Program-made: the position numbers and the translations under genes | Shown here: positions 37,273 to 50,300 of the stretch, in pieces | Numbering within the stretch: position 1 is the stretch's first letter | Layout of the letters: each line of letters starts with the position of its first letter | Assembly (NCBI GenBank): GCA_043228905.1 | Contig: JBHGNT010000012.1 | Location: 124,001 to 188,000, forward strand | Length of the DNA stretch: 64,000 nucleotides | DNA from: Azolla caroliniana | Taxonomy: Eukaryota; Plantae; Polypodiophyta | Direction of reading: 5' to 3' | The notes under the pieces: model-generated | Database searches by the model: none | Seen by the model: the letters and a program-made list of their open reading frames with translations, nothing else | Told to the model about the DNA's origin: nothing

Positions 37273-37514
37273 TTTGTTTAATACACGAGCATTCTGGAAA
37301 TAGGTGAGGTTCCTGTGATAACTGAATACGGTGATTTGATGAGGAGATCCTTCTAGGAAATGTCACCATTGTGCAAAGTAATCCACTATAGCCAATAATT
37401 CCTTGTCATCTACCTCATAGTTGATTTCGGCAGTGTCAAATTTGCACGAGTGGAAAGACACTGGATGTAGCTTTCCATCGTCTCCTTGTTGTGACAAAAT
37501 ACTACCAAGTGCAA
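37273..37514 (-). mobile_element. Gypsy RNase H fragment, an inverted and diverged homologue of 38403-38645
   Basis: The reverse strand reads ALGSILSQQGDDGKLHPVSFHSCKFDTAEINYEVDDKELLAIVD. Confidence 0.8.
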
Positions 37515-37699
37515 TGTATCATATCAAAACATTCAAATTTGCATACATCCCAGGAAAAAAAAAGGTTTACATAAATAAGCTTGGATGTAATCAATAACAA
37601 TGATAAACTAGATTTCATCACGTAAAAATATATTCCGTAGAATACAAAGAAAGGAGTCGAACTTTGATAGTTCTATATGGTGTAAAGTACATGGCCCTC

Positions 37700-40600
37700 A
37701 ACAACATTACCACTTTACTAGAGCGTCTTAGTGGAGCTAAAGTTGTCACAAAGCTAGACCTTCGAGGTGCATATAACCTTGTGTGGATACGTCTAGGAGA
37801 CGAATGGAAGAAAACATTCCGTACTCGATACAAACATTTCGGGTACACGGTTATGCCTTTTGGTCTCACAAATGCGCCCACAGTTTTTCAACACATGGCG
37901 AATGATATTTTTCGCAACTTCTTGGATTCATTTACCATGGTATATCTTGATGACAACTTGATCTACTCTAAAAGTCAAGAAGAGCACGACACACATGTCC
38001 GCGAAGTCCTCCAACGCTTACGAGAATATGGGCTCTATGCCAAACTAGAGAAATGTAGCTTTGATCAAAACCACGTGGAGTTTCTAGGGTATGTGGTTTC
38101 ACAACAAGGTATATCTATGGATCCATCCAAGGTGCAGACAGTTCTAAACTGGGAAACACCTCGCTTAGTGCATGATGTTCAGTGTTTCTTAGGATTTGCG
38201 AATTTTTACCGCAAATTTATCAAGAATTACTCAAACATCATGATGCCTCTCACGGAGCTTACACGAAAGAACAAGTCATTCACATGGAATTCCAGTGTCG
38301 CCAAAGCTTTTGAAAACCTAAAGAGAGCATTCACTTCTACTCCAATTCTACTTCATGATGACCTAGAAAAACCATTTATCATCGAGGCGGATGCATCTGA
38401 TTTTGCACTAGGAAGTATCTTGTCGCAGGTTGGACATGACGGAAAGCTGCATCCAATTGCTTTCCATTCACGCAAATTCGAAGCGGCAGAGATCAATTAT
38501 GAGATTCACGACAAAGAGCTCCTAGCCATTATAGACTCGTTTGAACAATGGAGGCATCTATTAGAAGGTTCTCCCCACCAAATCATTGTTTACAATGATC
38601 ATAAAAACCTCACATACTTTCAAAATGCTAGAGTCTTGAGTTGACGCCAAGCTCGTTGGGCACAATTCTTGACGCGTTTTGACTTCCTCATCACATATCA
38701 CCTTGGAGTACAACAAGGAAAGGCAGAAACTCTATCACGATGATCTTATTTGGCGCCACAACTAGGTGAGCCCACATTTGATCATCAAAAGCAAGTCATC
38801 CTAGGGCCAGATCGGTTACGACTATTGACTATTAATGCCTCTAAAGCACTTGAAAATTCCAGGCTCCTTGATTCAATATGAATAGGTATCATTTCTGATG
38901 AATTTGCTCAAGATGTATTGAATCATATCATTTGAGATCGTGCGACTTCTTCAAAATCCAAGTATCCTTGTAAAGATTATAACCAGTTTCAATGGCAAAA
39001 TGGGTTACTTTTTCGTAACACTCTTTTGTATGTCCCCAATGGTTCGTCTCGACTCCAAGTAATGCAATATTGTCATGACGACCCAATGGCTGGACACTTT
39101 TGAATCCACAAAACTTTGGAGCTAGTTTCTCGAAACTATTGGTGGCCTCATCTTCGGGAATTTGTTGAGGATTATGTTCATACTTGTGACGTGTGTTGTC
39201 GATCAAAGATTCTGCGACATTGACCATATGGGTTATTACAGTCATTGCCAGTTCCTATTGGTCCGTGGAAATCCATCTCTGTGGACTTTATAACAGATCT
39301 TTGACTTTCAAAGAGCTTTGATGCTATCCTCACTGTAGTAGATTGATTAACAAAGATGGCGCATTTTCTTCCATGCACGAAAACTATCAACAATAAAGAA
39401 ACTGCTGACATCATTATGAAAGAAGTATTTCGGCTTCATGGTCTTCCAAATGACATCATTAGTGATCGTGGCCCACAATTCATCTCAAAAATCTGGAAAC
39501 ACTTGCTTGAGATGCTCAAAGTCTCTTGTAAACTTTCTTCAAGCTATCATCCACAAAGTGACGGTCAAACCGAGCGCACATATCAAACACTAGAACAATA
39601 TCTTCGATGTTTCATCAATTATCAACATGATGTTTAGGTGAATTTTTTACACTTTGCAGAGTTTGCATACAATAATTTGGTTCATTCCTCAACAAGATAT
39701 ACTCCATTTTTTGCAAACATAGGATATCATCCCCGTTGGATGATGATCGAACATCCAGAAATCTCGAAAATTTCTGTCGATGAGGACCGTCTACGCCAAC
39801 TCCAAGAAGTTCATGTTGCACTTTCTCACCATTTCCATACGGCTCAAGCCACACACAAGAAGGTTGCTGATCGTCATTGTCTTGACTCATCACTAGAGGA
39901 ACCAAAATTTCGAATTGGGGATCATGTATGGCTATTACGACATAATGTGAAGACCACTAGACCTTGTGATAAGATGGATTATCAACGACTTGGTCCATTT
40001 ATTATCTCTCATCAAATCAATGATGTTGCATTTCGCCTTGATCTACCCCCACACATCCATCTACACCCCTAGTATTTCATGTCTCATTGTTGGAACCTTA
40101 CAATGCTAGTTCCATTCTAGATCGGGTTGTTCTACCCCCACCTCCGGTTCAACTTGTTGATGGCCCAAAATTCGAAGTCAAAGCTGTTTTGGACTCCACT
40201 ATCTTGGACTCCACGATAGTACGTAAGAAGCTTTATTATCTCGTGGATTGGTTAGGTTATAACCCCAATGATCGTACTTGGGAACCGGTCGAGAACCTTG
40301 ACAACGCCTCCGATCTGGTAGCCGAATTTCATCGCCAATATCCAAATAAGCCAAGCCCCAATTCATGCATTACGACTCGTGGAACTCGTCATCGAAGGAC
40401 GGAGATGGTGTCATGAGTAAATGACAACCCCATGAGGTTTAGGGCAACTCGAACCCATGACCTGCTAAGGAGGAGCACTCAACTCTAGCCATTAGGTTAT
40501 ATATGTTGTACATAAAAATATTATAATTTACTTTATTATAATATTGATAATGTAACCCTATAAATATCCAAATGGTGCCATGACCCTTCAATATCCCAAA

Positions 40601-40820
40601 GGGTGCCATGACCCTACAAACATCCAAAGGGCACATACTACTCCTATATAAATAGGACATATTGTATTGTTAGAACCATTCTGGTTCAACACCAGTCTTT
40701 GGCAAATATTCTAGTTCTTGCTCTTGTATATTTTCCTATTATAATAAAATATAGTCATTGTTCTCTCCTTCTTTTCCTCTCTTGTTCAATAGACTTCTTT
40801 TGTCAAGCTAAGGCCTTGAG
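37700..40820 (+). mobile_element. Degenerate, 5'-truncated Ty3/Gypsy chromovirus (Tcn1-like): RT-RH-INT-chromodomain plus partial 3' LTR
   Basis: [67 protein letters not shown] and chromodomain (YLVDWLGY..TWEP.ENL..A.DLVAEFH). PPT at 40394-40408; LTR begins TGTCATG at 40409. Multiple stops. Confidence 0.88.
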
Positions 40821-40822
40821 AC

Positions 40823-43800
40823 TTGGTGTCGGTCGGACAAATCGTCGACCAAGGAATGCAAGTGCGGTTTACGCACCTCAGGTGCTTCATCGAGGAAGAA
40901 AGCCGGATAATTGTACAAGGGCGCAGAGACGGGAGGATGTTCATCCTCGACACCAACGATGTCGACACCACCTTGTTTGCCAAAGGACAGAAGATTGAAT
41001 CCAACATCGATCTTTGGCACAAGCGGATAGGCCACGCCAACTACTGGAGGCTTCAAGACCTACAATCGAAACATGTTGTTCTCAAACTGCTGAAATTCAA
41101 TGGCCAAAAGGCCCAAATATGTGAAGCGTGCCAACTCATGAAGCAACACCGGCTTCCATTCCCCACCGAACGAAACCGGAGTTGTAACAAGCTCGACTTA
41201 ATCCATTCGGATGTATGGGGACAGGCACAGAACGTTAATATTGGCAGGAGTCGTTATTTCGTCTCCTTCATCGACGACTACAGCTAGCACACATGGATCT
41301 ACCTCATTGTGAGGAAAAGTGAAGTCCTCAACTGTTTTCAAAATCTACAAAGCCTAGCCGAGAGGGAAACAGAAAGAAAGATCAAGTGTTTGCGATCAGA
41401 TAGAGGAAAAGAATACTTTTCTAACCAATTCAACAATTATCTGCAGCAACAAGGAATTCAAAGAGAATTCAACTGCCGATACAAACCGAAACAAAACGGT
41501 GTGGCTAAGAGAAAGAATTGGTCGATTGTTGACGCGGCAAGGGCAATTCTAGATCCGAAGCGGAGGAAGCTGGATCCGAAGTCAGAGAAGTACATACTCG
41601 TTGACTACTCGCATGAACAGAAGGGGTAGAAGTGTTATAACCCCCGGACTAAACAGGTATGAATAAGTCAAGATGTCGAGTTTGATGAATCGGCATCACG
41701 GTGTCGTAGTGTAGGTTGCACACTATGTGGAAATTATATTTTTGTCCCTCCGGATAGAGAATGGAGTGCTCGGTGAGAACCGGAAGAAAACGGCATACCG
41801 GCAAGGAGGAAAACGGCATACCGGCAAGGAGGAAAAACGACATACCGGCAAGGAAGAAAACGGCATACCGGCAAGGAAGAGCCGGATAAAGAGACATAAA
41901 TGTAAAAAGAAGGAAATACTCACTACTACGCAAGGCGTGATTCGAACTCTGCACCTCCACGTTGACAAACCCCAACCTTACCATTACATTAACTTATCTT
42001 AAGTGTTTTAAATATAGATTTAATACGTATAAGACCTTTATTTATGCATACCTTTATTAAAAGGTAAATCGTGTATTTTTTTTAATATATGAAAAAGAAA
42101 ACACGAGACACTAAAAATAACTCATGCACATCTAGCGTGCATGAGCCCTATACTTAGGAAATAAAAAAGCATCACATGCATTAGTGGACATGAACACTTT
42201 TTGTAAAAAAAAAAGCAGGAAGCCATGCTTAGCTCTTCCTTCCTTATATAAGGAGGAGAGAAATATGTAAAGGGTTGTTGATTATTTGGATTAAGAATTA
42301 ATCAATACAAAAATTATTCGTGGGATTCACGATTTATACATCTACTTCTCTCTTAAACACCCTAAGTACCAATTAATATAGTATACTCGTGTGATTCACG
42401 AGTTTCTTATCTCTTCTCTTTGCTATTTACTCATAATTAATCTCTATCTCACGAACTTCTTTCTCCTAGTCCAAGACCTCTGTGGTTCCCACCCGACTCA
42501 CGCAACGATCCGGAGCCGAAAGGCACGACAACGGTACTCTATATCGAGTCCAACTCCTGACGAAGACCCGAATCCGGAGGATGAGGCCAGTGAACCCGGA
42601 GAGGTTCAAGAAGAACATGAAGAATTCGGTACTTGAGATGAGAGTCTGATCTCATTCCGGCTAAGTGGGCTGAATGAGCGGCTGAGTCGGAATGACCAAT
42701 CGGATGAAGAACTGGAGAGTAATGGAGACTCTTTCGTGCTCTCCTTGCGCAAGGAACTGAGGAAACGGTTCACGCGCATAGAGAAGGGGAAGAAGAAATT
42801 GTCGGAATACGACAACGGCATCGAAGAGTCAGATCGGAGTGATTCTGACTCCGGACAGAACGAAGTCGGATCTTCAGAAACAAAGTTTGAACGGGCGAAG
42901 AAGGGTCTCAAACCGACTAACGGAAAAGTGCGTCGGTTAACCCACCAAAAGAACCCCGTAACACGGTACAGATACAATGAGTACATGGCGTATCATTATG
43001 CGTACATGACCAAGGTGGTGGAAGTGCATGAGCCGGAGAGCTACGCAGAAGTAGCGAAAGACGCAAATTGGCATGTTGCTATGGAAGGAGAAATGCGGGC
43101 ACTCAATGCCAACGACACTTGGGACCTGGTCAACCCTCCCCGACAATGTAAACAGATTGGCTGCAAGTGGGTGTAGAAGGTAAAGTACAATGCCGACGGT
43201 TCGGTCAACCGGTACAAGGCTCGGTTAGTGGCGAAGGGATGTGCATAGACCCACGAAATCGACTTCAACGAGACCTTCGCTCCGGTAGCGAAGATGACGA
43301 TGGTTCAGCTGTTGTTGCGGCAAGGGGATGGCATCTTCACCAAATGGACGTGAAGAATGTGTTTCTTTAAGGTGACCTTGAAGAAAAAGTCTATATGATC
43401 CAATCCCCCAGTTTTCAATCGGAGTTGAACAAGTCGGTAGTGTGTCGACTCAAAAAGTCATTTTATGGTCTGAAGCAAGCCCCCTGAGCTTGGAATGCGA
43501 AAATCATGCACCAGTTGCGTAAGATGGGGTTTGTGGCCTCAAAGTCCGACTCTTCATTGTTCATCCAGAAAGGTTTGGACAGTCCGGTTTGTATCCTACT
43601 ATATGTAGATGATCTAGTCATCATTGACCCAGACTCGATGAAATCGATCGTGTGAAGCCCTAGTTGTCGGACGCTTTTGAAATGAAGGACCTAGGGGACC
43701 TTCATTATTTTCTTGGTATTGAGGTGATCTGGACCCTCGACGACATATTACCTTCACAACACCATTATGTGTTGAATATGTTGTACAAGTTCGGTGACAG

Positions 43801-45443
43801 AATGTGGACCGATCTCCACACCCCTGGACTGGAACTTGAAGCTACATCTCGACTCCGGATCGGCTTGCAATAAGAAATGGTTCCAACAAATTGTCAGAAG
43901 CCTTATCTACTTGACAATCACCCGACCCAACATCAGTTATCCGGTTGGAGTGATCAACCAGTTTATGCAGAAGCCGACCGCGAAGCACCTTCAGTGCGCG
44001 CATCGACTAATGTGATATGTGAGTGGCACGAACGACTGGGGACTGTTATTCCAACATGGTATAGCCGAGAAGCTAGTCGGATATACCAATGCATCGGATT
44101 GCCGATCTACCTCCAGTTACATGTTTTCTCTTGGTAGCGCGGTTGTTGTGTGGAGCAGCCAACAGTGGCTCAATCAAGCACTGAGGCCGAATACCGGGGC
44201 GCTACCATTGCCACATGTGAAGCCATCTAGCTTTGGTGACTGCTGCGAGACCTTTGGATTGAGGTACCGACCCTGATCCTGATCTACTGCAACAACGTCA
44301 ACAACATATAGCTCGCAAAGAACCCCGTCTTCAATGCTCGAACAAAGCACATAGAAGTGCACTATCACTTTGTGCGTGAGCGGGTTCTGAGCAGTGATGT
44401 TGACCTTCAGTATGTTCATACGGATCGACAAGTTGTTGACAGCTTCACCAAGCCGCTCAGATTAGACAAGTTGCAACACTTTTCGGAGATGCTTGGTTTA
44501 CAACATCTCGACGTGTCGCACTTGAGGGGGAGACCGGATGGCACCGAACAAGGAGTTGGAGAGGAAGAAAGAACCAAAGGGGGAGATGAGCAAAAAAAGG
44601 AAGCCAAGCCGACCGAAGGAGTTAGGACATCTGAACAAGTCAGAGCAAGCGGCAATGCCGACAAACTCAAGAAGAACAGAGCCGACCAGAAGAAGGCCAA
44701 GACCCGGACGTAGTCCGATGTGGTGAAGGGCCGGGAAACGGAAGACGAGTTGGAGACTACCAACTTGGACAAGAGCCAGAATGAATCGGAGGCAAGCAAT
44801 TCGGACAAGAGCTGGAATGAATCGGAGGAAGCCTATTCGGTTCAACAATTTGATTCGGAGGAGCCGGATCAACTAAAGGCCAAGCGGACAAGAAGGTAGC
44901 GGAAGTCGACACTAATACGGGAAGCGAGAACCGGAACCAGACTGGACGAGGAGCGCGAGCAAGGCGGGAGAACGCCGTCAAGAGTCGAAGGAAAGGACCG
45001 GCTACTATAGACACTAACACCACGATCTGACCTCAAGTTGAGCTTGAGGGGGAGTGTTGAGCGAGCAAGCTTAACCGGATCCAGATCGGCATCTGAATGG
45101 TATCCAGAACCAAGAGCCGGATCAGATTGAAACCGGTAGGCCGTTAGAGGCCTACCGATCTAGCTTAGTACGTGAGAATAGTTTTGGGAGTCAGTGTCGG
45201 TCCTTCATATAAGCATTGAAGTACTTGTCAGTACTTTTGTTAGTCCTTTATGGACTTGTATAAAAGTGCTCTTTGAGCACATTCTATGTACACACACAAA
45301 GTATTATTATTATTTAATTGAGTTTTAGGTTCTACTCTCTTTGTCTCTCCCGTGCATTCTCTGTTAGACCTTCTTCTCTCTACATTCTGTTGGTATTCGG
45401 CTGAGCCGGTTTGTCATATGCTTTCGCATATCTACTTCCAACA
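40823..45443 (+). mobile_element. Degenerate, 5'-truncated Ty1/Copia with a 3' extension and 3' LTR
   Basis: GAG-pre-integrase LWHKRIGH, HSDVWG, RT (LHQMDVKN, FEMKDLGDLHYFLGIEV), RH (HYHFVRERV). PPT at 45043-45054; LTR TGTTG...CAACA at 45055-45443. Frameshifts, stops and an internal integrase deletion near 41545. Confidence 0.85.
41702..42530. mobile_element. Solo LTR (829 bp) inserted in the Copia integrase region, 4-bp TSD
   Basis: Termini TGTCGT...ACGACA with ACGG on both sides (41698-41701, 42531-42534). Removing it restores the frame DESASRYSISSP. About 4 copies of AAACGGCATACCGGCAAGGA at ~41787-41880. Confidence 0.85.
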
Positions 45444-45699
45444 ATTTTGTAAATTCCAAAGATCCACATATGTATATAAAAGATAACAATTATCATAATT
45501 TTCAAATATCACATATATAACACACCTTTAAGAGATTGGTGCCCTTTATTCTTCTTCCATTTGTACATGCATAAGAATTCAAAAGACCACATACATTCCA
45601 ATACCGCGCATATTTATATTCAAAATTTCATCACCGCTCAAAATTTCTATAAAGTTGTATATGTTAAATATGTATAATGTATGCTCAAATTGAGCAAGA

Positions 45700-46150
45700 A
45701 GCCTACCCCATGTTGTAACAATGAAGAGCATGATGGACTAAAATGTCGCAAATGAATGAATTTGTATTGAAACCCTTCATAACAACATCATTGTGGAAAT
45801 CTTTGCCATTCTTATTGAACCTCGTGTTTCCACAAGCATTGCAGGGCATCTTCACCATGCACAAGCTGACTATAAACAACAATCAGTGTGTTCCATGTCA
45901 CAACATCATGAACACAATGACTATGAAAATATCCCAAGCTTTATACAAATGAGCCACTTTTGGCATACATGTCAACCAAAACATTACACACTACACCAAA
46001 TATATCTCGAGCTTCTTCAAGTGAGCCGCCTTCTTGAGTAATTGATTTAACAAAATGATTTTATTTGGCACAGACCATAGCTTGCATACTGCATATGCTC
46101 TTGCATGCATCCTTAAGACTGACTACCAATAAAACATTGCTGCAAAATAC
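45700..46150 (-). pseudogene. PLS-class pentatricopeptide repeat (PPR) pseudogene fragment
   Basis: The reverse strand reads GGSLEEARDIF, NVLVDMYAKSGS, HDVVTWNTLIVVYSQLVHGEDALQC and GKDFHNDVVMKG, with frameshifts and internal deletions. Confidence 0.8.
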
Positions 46151-46927
46151 TCAACCTAATTTTCTTCTCCGTCGTTCCTCTTCTCTTGGTTTTTGGCCTT
46201 TTATCATGTATATCATCCTTTTTGTGGAGTTGCTAATATCCTCCATTTCATGACCAAATGAAAGAGTAGAAGAATGTTTTGGATAATAGGTGGTGTTTGT
46301 TTTTTTCCCTATCAAGGTGATTGAATAATTTAAGGAAAGTGTTCACTTAAAGTGATATTTGTAAGGACACAAAGACCATGTATATACCAATCTTTTGCAT
46401 ATATATTTCGTTGTTAGGCGGGGGACCATGTCTCATGAGTAGGAAGGGGATAATGCCATGTGTAACCATAAATTGTCGGTATGATAGGCTTTCAATTTGC
46501 TTATGTGTCGGAACACAATCAACTTCTTTGTTTTCCTTGCCGTCGCTCACCACAGAAATAAAAGTTCAAAGTTCAAATTTCTCCTCCCACGCATCAAATT
46601 GTATATATGGGTCACCACCAAGTTAGATACCAATGCCGAGTTCGAAAAAATGGGGGTTGGGTTAGTATTGACAAAAGCTAAGTTAGAAATACAGGTTTGG
46701 GATACGAGTTGGGTTATAAACATTGGCCGTAGTTAAAAAAGGGCAGGCTCGGTTCTGCTCTCTGCTTCTCTTCTCTTTTTGGTGCCAATGCTTCTAGTGT
46801 TGGTGTTGGTGCCGATGGCTCGGTCTTTGACGTCTCCTCTGATTTTCCACGATTTTGCTGCCCATCCGCCCGAAGATATCAGGGCTTTTCATTTTGCCTC
46901 TTCTTCGACTTTGATCGATGATCACAC

Positions 46928-47036
<109 letters not shown>

Positions 47037-47393
47037 GTCGTCCCCTCTCCCTTTCCTCTCCCTCTTCTGTGCTGTGCTCTGTTCGTTTGTTGACTTCTTT
47101 TTTGCTCAGTCAACAAATACATACATACATACATACATATATGTACTCTCTCCTCCCCCCTTTCACTTGTACGATCTGCAGCCGCATGCTTCAGCCCTTT
47201 TTTAGGAAACCCTAGTTATCGCCCCCAGTTTACTCTTGCAGTGTAGTGTAGTGTGTATTATTATAATTATCATTAAGATATAAATATATACGTACATACA
47301 TATTGTAAGACTCTGTCAGATTTCGCGTCTCCTCAAGTTGGCAACGGTGGTTGGCTGTGTACATATATATATACATATATGGTGTAGCTAGCG

Positions 47394-50300
47394 ATGGACC
47401 ATGGCCGTTATGGAGGGTTGCCCACCCATCCAGGTTAGTGTTTTTCATCTCCGGGTAATAATACAGGTGATAATCCATTTTCAGAAAGTGCTAATACATA
47501 TTTGACTAGCCCAATCTCAAGTAACCATATGTTCTCAGAGCTCTGCAATGATTTGGAGATAATTTTCCCTAATCATATGTATTTGAGTAATAAAAGCTTT
47601 TCATAAGTCTGTACTAATCAAGCACTGTAGCAAACATAGTTCTAGCTGAGGGTGTTGAACATGTAGCTGCCTTCCCGCAAATGTTGGAGAATATCACTCA
47701 CTTGTAATCACGTGACTAATCAAATAACTGACCTTGAACAGTAAAGAGAAAACAGAAGCTAGAGGATCTACCCCCCTGACTATAACCCCCAGCTGAAGCC
47801 AATCAGCCCTATCCCATTTATGATTCTACATATTTCAAGGAAGACCACCTCTTTATATATTTGATCCCGTGACATGCCCATACGATATGCCAAATGTGCT
47901 ATTCCTAACTAATGACTTGTATGTCCTAGTTACCCGATTTGCGCATAACAAGTAAACATACATGCTGAAATGCTGTTTACTATGCATATGGAAGTAATTT
48001 GTTTGCTCAGTTTCTTCCAAGGTAGAAACAGAAATTACCTACCACCTGTTACTGCTATTTGGCCCAAATTCAAGGAACTTGAGCCTCCATGTAAGTAGCA
48101 GAAGTGTTTGATTTAGACTATGATATCTTTTTGGAAAAACTGTCATCTGATGTGTAAGAGGTGTAGGGTTTGAGCAGGATACCCAAAACTTCCTCGTGGG
48201 ATGGGTCGCTTGCCACACCCACTACAGAACAAATAAATTGGGCCAACAATGTATTTAGATTCTGCTCATCTGAATGGCACATTGGCTCTCTGAGGTGTTA
48301 TCTCTTATTCTGTCACTTGAAGTGTAACAAATGACTTTGATGATGATTATGGTAAGAAGTGGTTTTGGTGGAGGCCTTCAATGTAAATAATGTGTCTACT
48401 TCTTCCAACTTTGTGATTGCTATTGTTACATCTTGATTTGCCAAAAGTATATTGGATGAGTCATCATGAATCAACCTGATCGGCATTGTTATTGAAATCT
48501 TATTGATGACTGATTGAAAATGGAAGTGTGACATGAGCCACACTTTTGCCACAACTATATGGTATTTATGTTCAAGACTTTGTTGCGGGAAACCATTTTT
48601 CTAGTGTCGAGTGGTCATCGTTGTCTTAACACCGTCATGCAACATCTCCAATAGACACATGCATAGCTTCGTGATGCAGAATCTTATAAGTAGCCTATTA
48701 CCAAGATGTTATTGGTGGGATATCAGAAGGAGCTGGCTGGCTAAGCTGACCATTCAGCAACTAGCATCAAAGAAATTTGCTGTATAACTTACAGACAACA
48801 GCAAGCGCAGATCTGATACGACTTCTGGCGGTTTCAAACCACTATTACATCAAGGATATTGCAATTCATGATATATGACTTCTGCTCAAATCTTTAATGG
48901 AATGAGACATGAGTAGTTATTTACTTCATATGCTTTTGTAGACATGAGTAGTGATTAAGTCAACAGGACAGGACATAGTTCAGCGTTAATATCTCTATAA
49001 ATGAAAACAATTGGAGCGTTATGACTTATGCAATTATTCTTTGTGATCTTGCAGAAGCTACATTGTGTCAGATACTCCAGGAGGCACAACATCGATGGCT
49101 TCGTCCTCCTGAAGTTTGTGAGATATTGCGCAATTATTGCAAGTTCAAGCTCACACCAGACCCCCCACACAAACCGCAAAGTTAGTAACATTTTCTGTTC
49201 TCTGAATAGTGAATTCTTCAAATCCACTTTGCTCCCTCAAATTTGCAGCACTTTTACTACAATATCCACTTTCTTTTATTATGAGCTCAACTTGGCTCGT
49301 TAAATTTGGAAGTGTAGGTATTTTCACTTCTATAATTTTTTATCTGTGTACATGGGGCCAACAATGTTCCTTTGGTTATTATTTCTAAGTTCCATGCAAG
49401 AGTTGCCCTTAACTTCCCAATACTCTATGCAAGACAAATTACTAGTTCATATTAATATTGCATGTATATCTCTGCATTTTGTAAGGAGTAAAATCATATA
49501 TGAGATAATGTACCTGGTAAATGATTCATGTCACACAGTTTTATGATCCTTTGAGGTGTTGACACAATGTGCTTAAAACAGGAATACAATAATTGTTTCT
49601 TCTCCCTTATTTCTAATTGCATTGATTCCTTCTGACATTAAAATTTCTAAATTGCATTTCATGTTTTGTTTCTTTGTAGGTGGGTCACTTTTTCTCTTTG
49701 ATCGCAAAGCTTTAAGGTATTTTCGGAAAGATGGCCATAATTGGCGAAAGAAGAAGGATGGGAAAACTGTTCGAGAGGCTCATGAAAGGTTAAAGGTGAG
49801 TTGTTTGTCTGAGACATGCTGCTAAAGGTCACTTTATAAATAATTCTGATTAATGCTGTCTTTCTGAAGATTAATTCTGAAATCAAGTATTACTGAAATA
49901 TTCAGGCAGGAAGTGTTGAAGTGCTACATTGCTACTATGCGCACGGAGAAAATAATGAAAATTTCCAAAGACGGAGCTATTGGATGCTAGAGTAAGCTTC
50001 TTGATATAGAGTTGGCCACTTTTGCTTGCAGACGTGTTCGATAAGTTTTGGACAACCGTTATTGACATGGTTTTGCTCTTTCTGATGTAATTTCAGTACA
50101 AATGAACACATAGTTCTGGTGCACTATCGAGAGGTCAAAGAGGTATTTAAATACTTATCTGCAAGTGTCTTTATTGATCTGCCTCTGTATTGATTTACAT
50201 TATGAGTATTGTAATTATATCTTTCAATGTGGTTATTGTGATGTTTTTCTTAACATTCAGCATTTTGTAATTACAGGGGAGCAGAAGTGGTACACGTTCT

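Noticed and set aside
47321-47330. CGCG core upstream of CAMTA as an autoregulatory site
   Set aside because: TCGCGT/ACGCGA does not fit the VCGCGB consensus on either strand.
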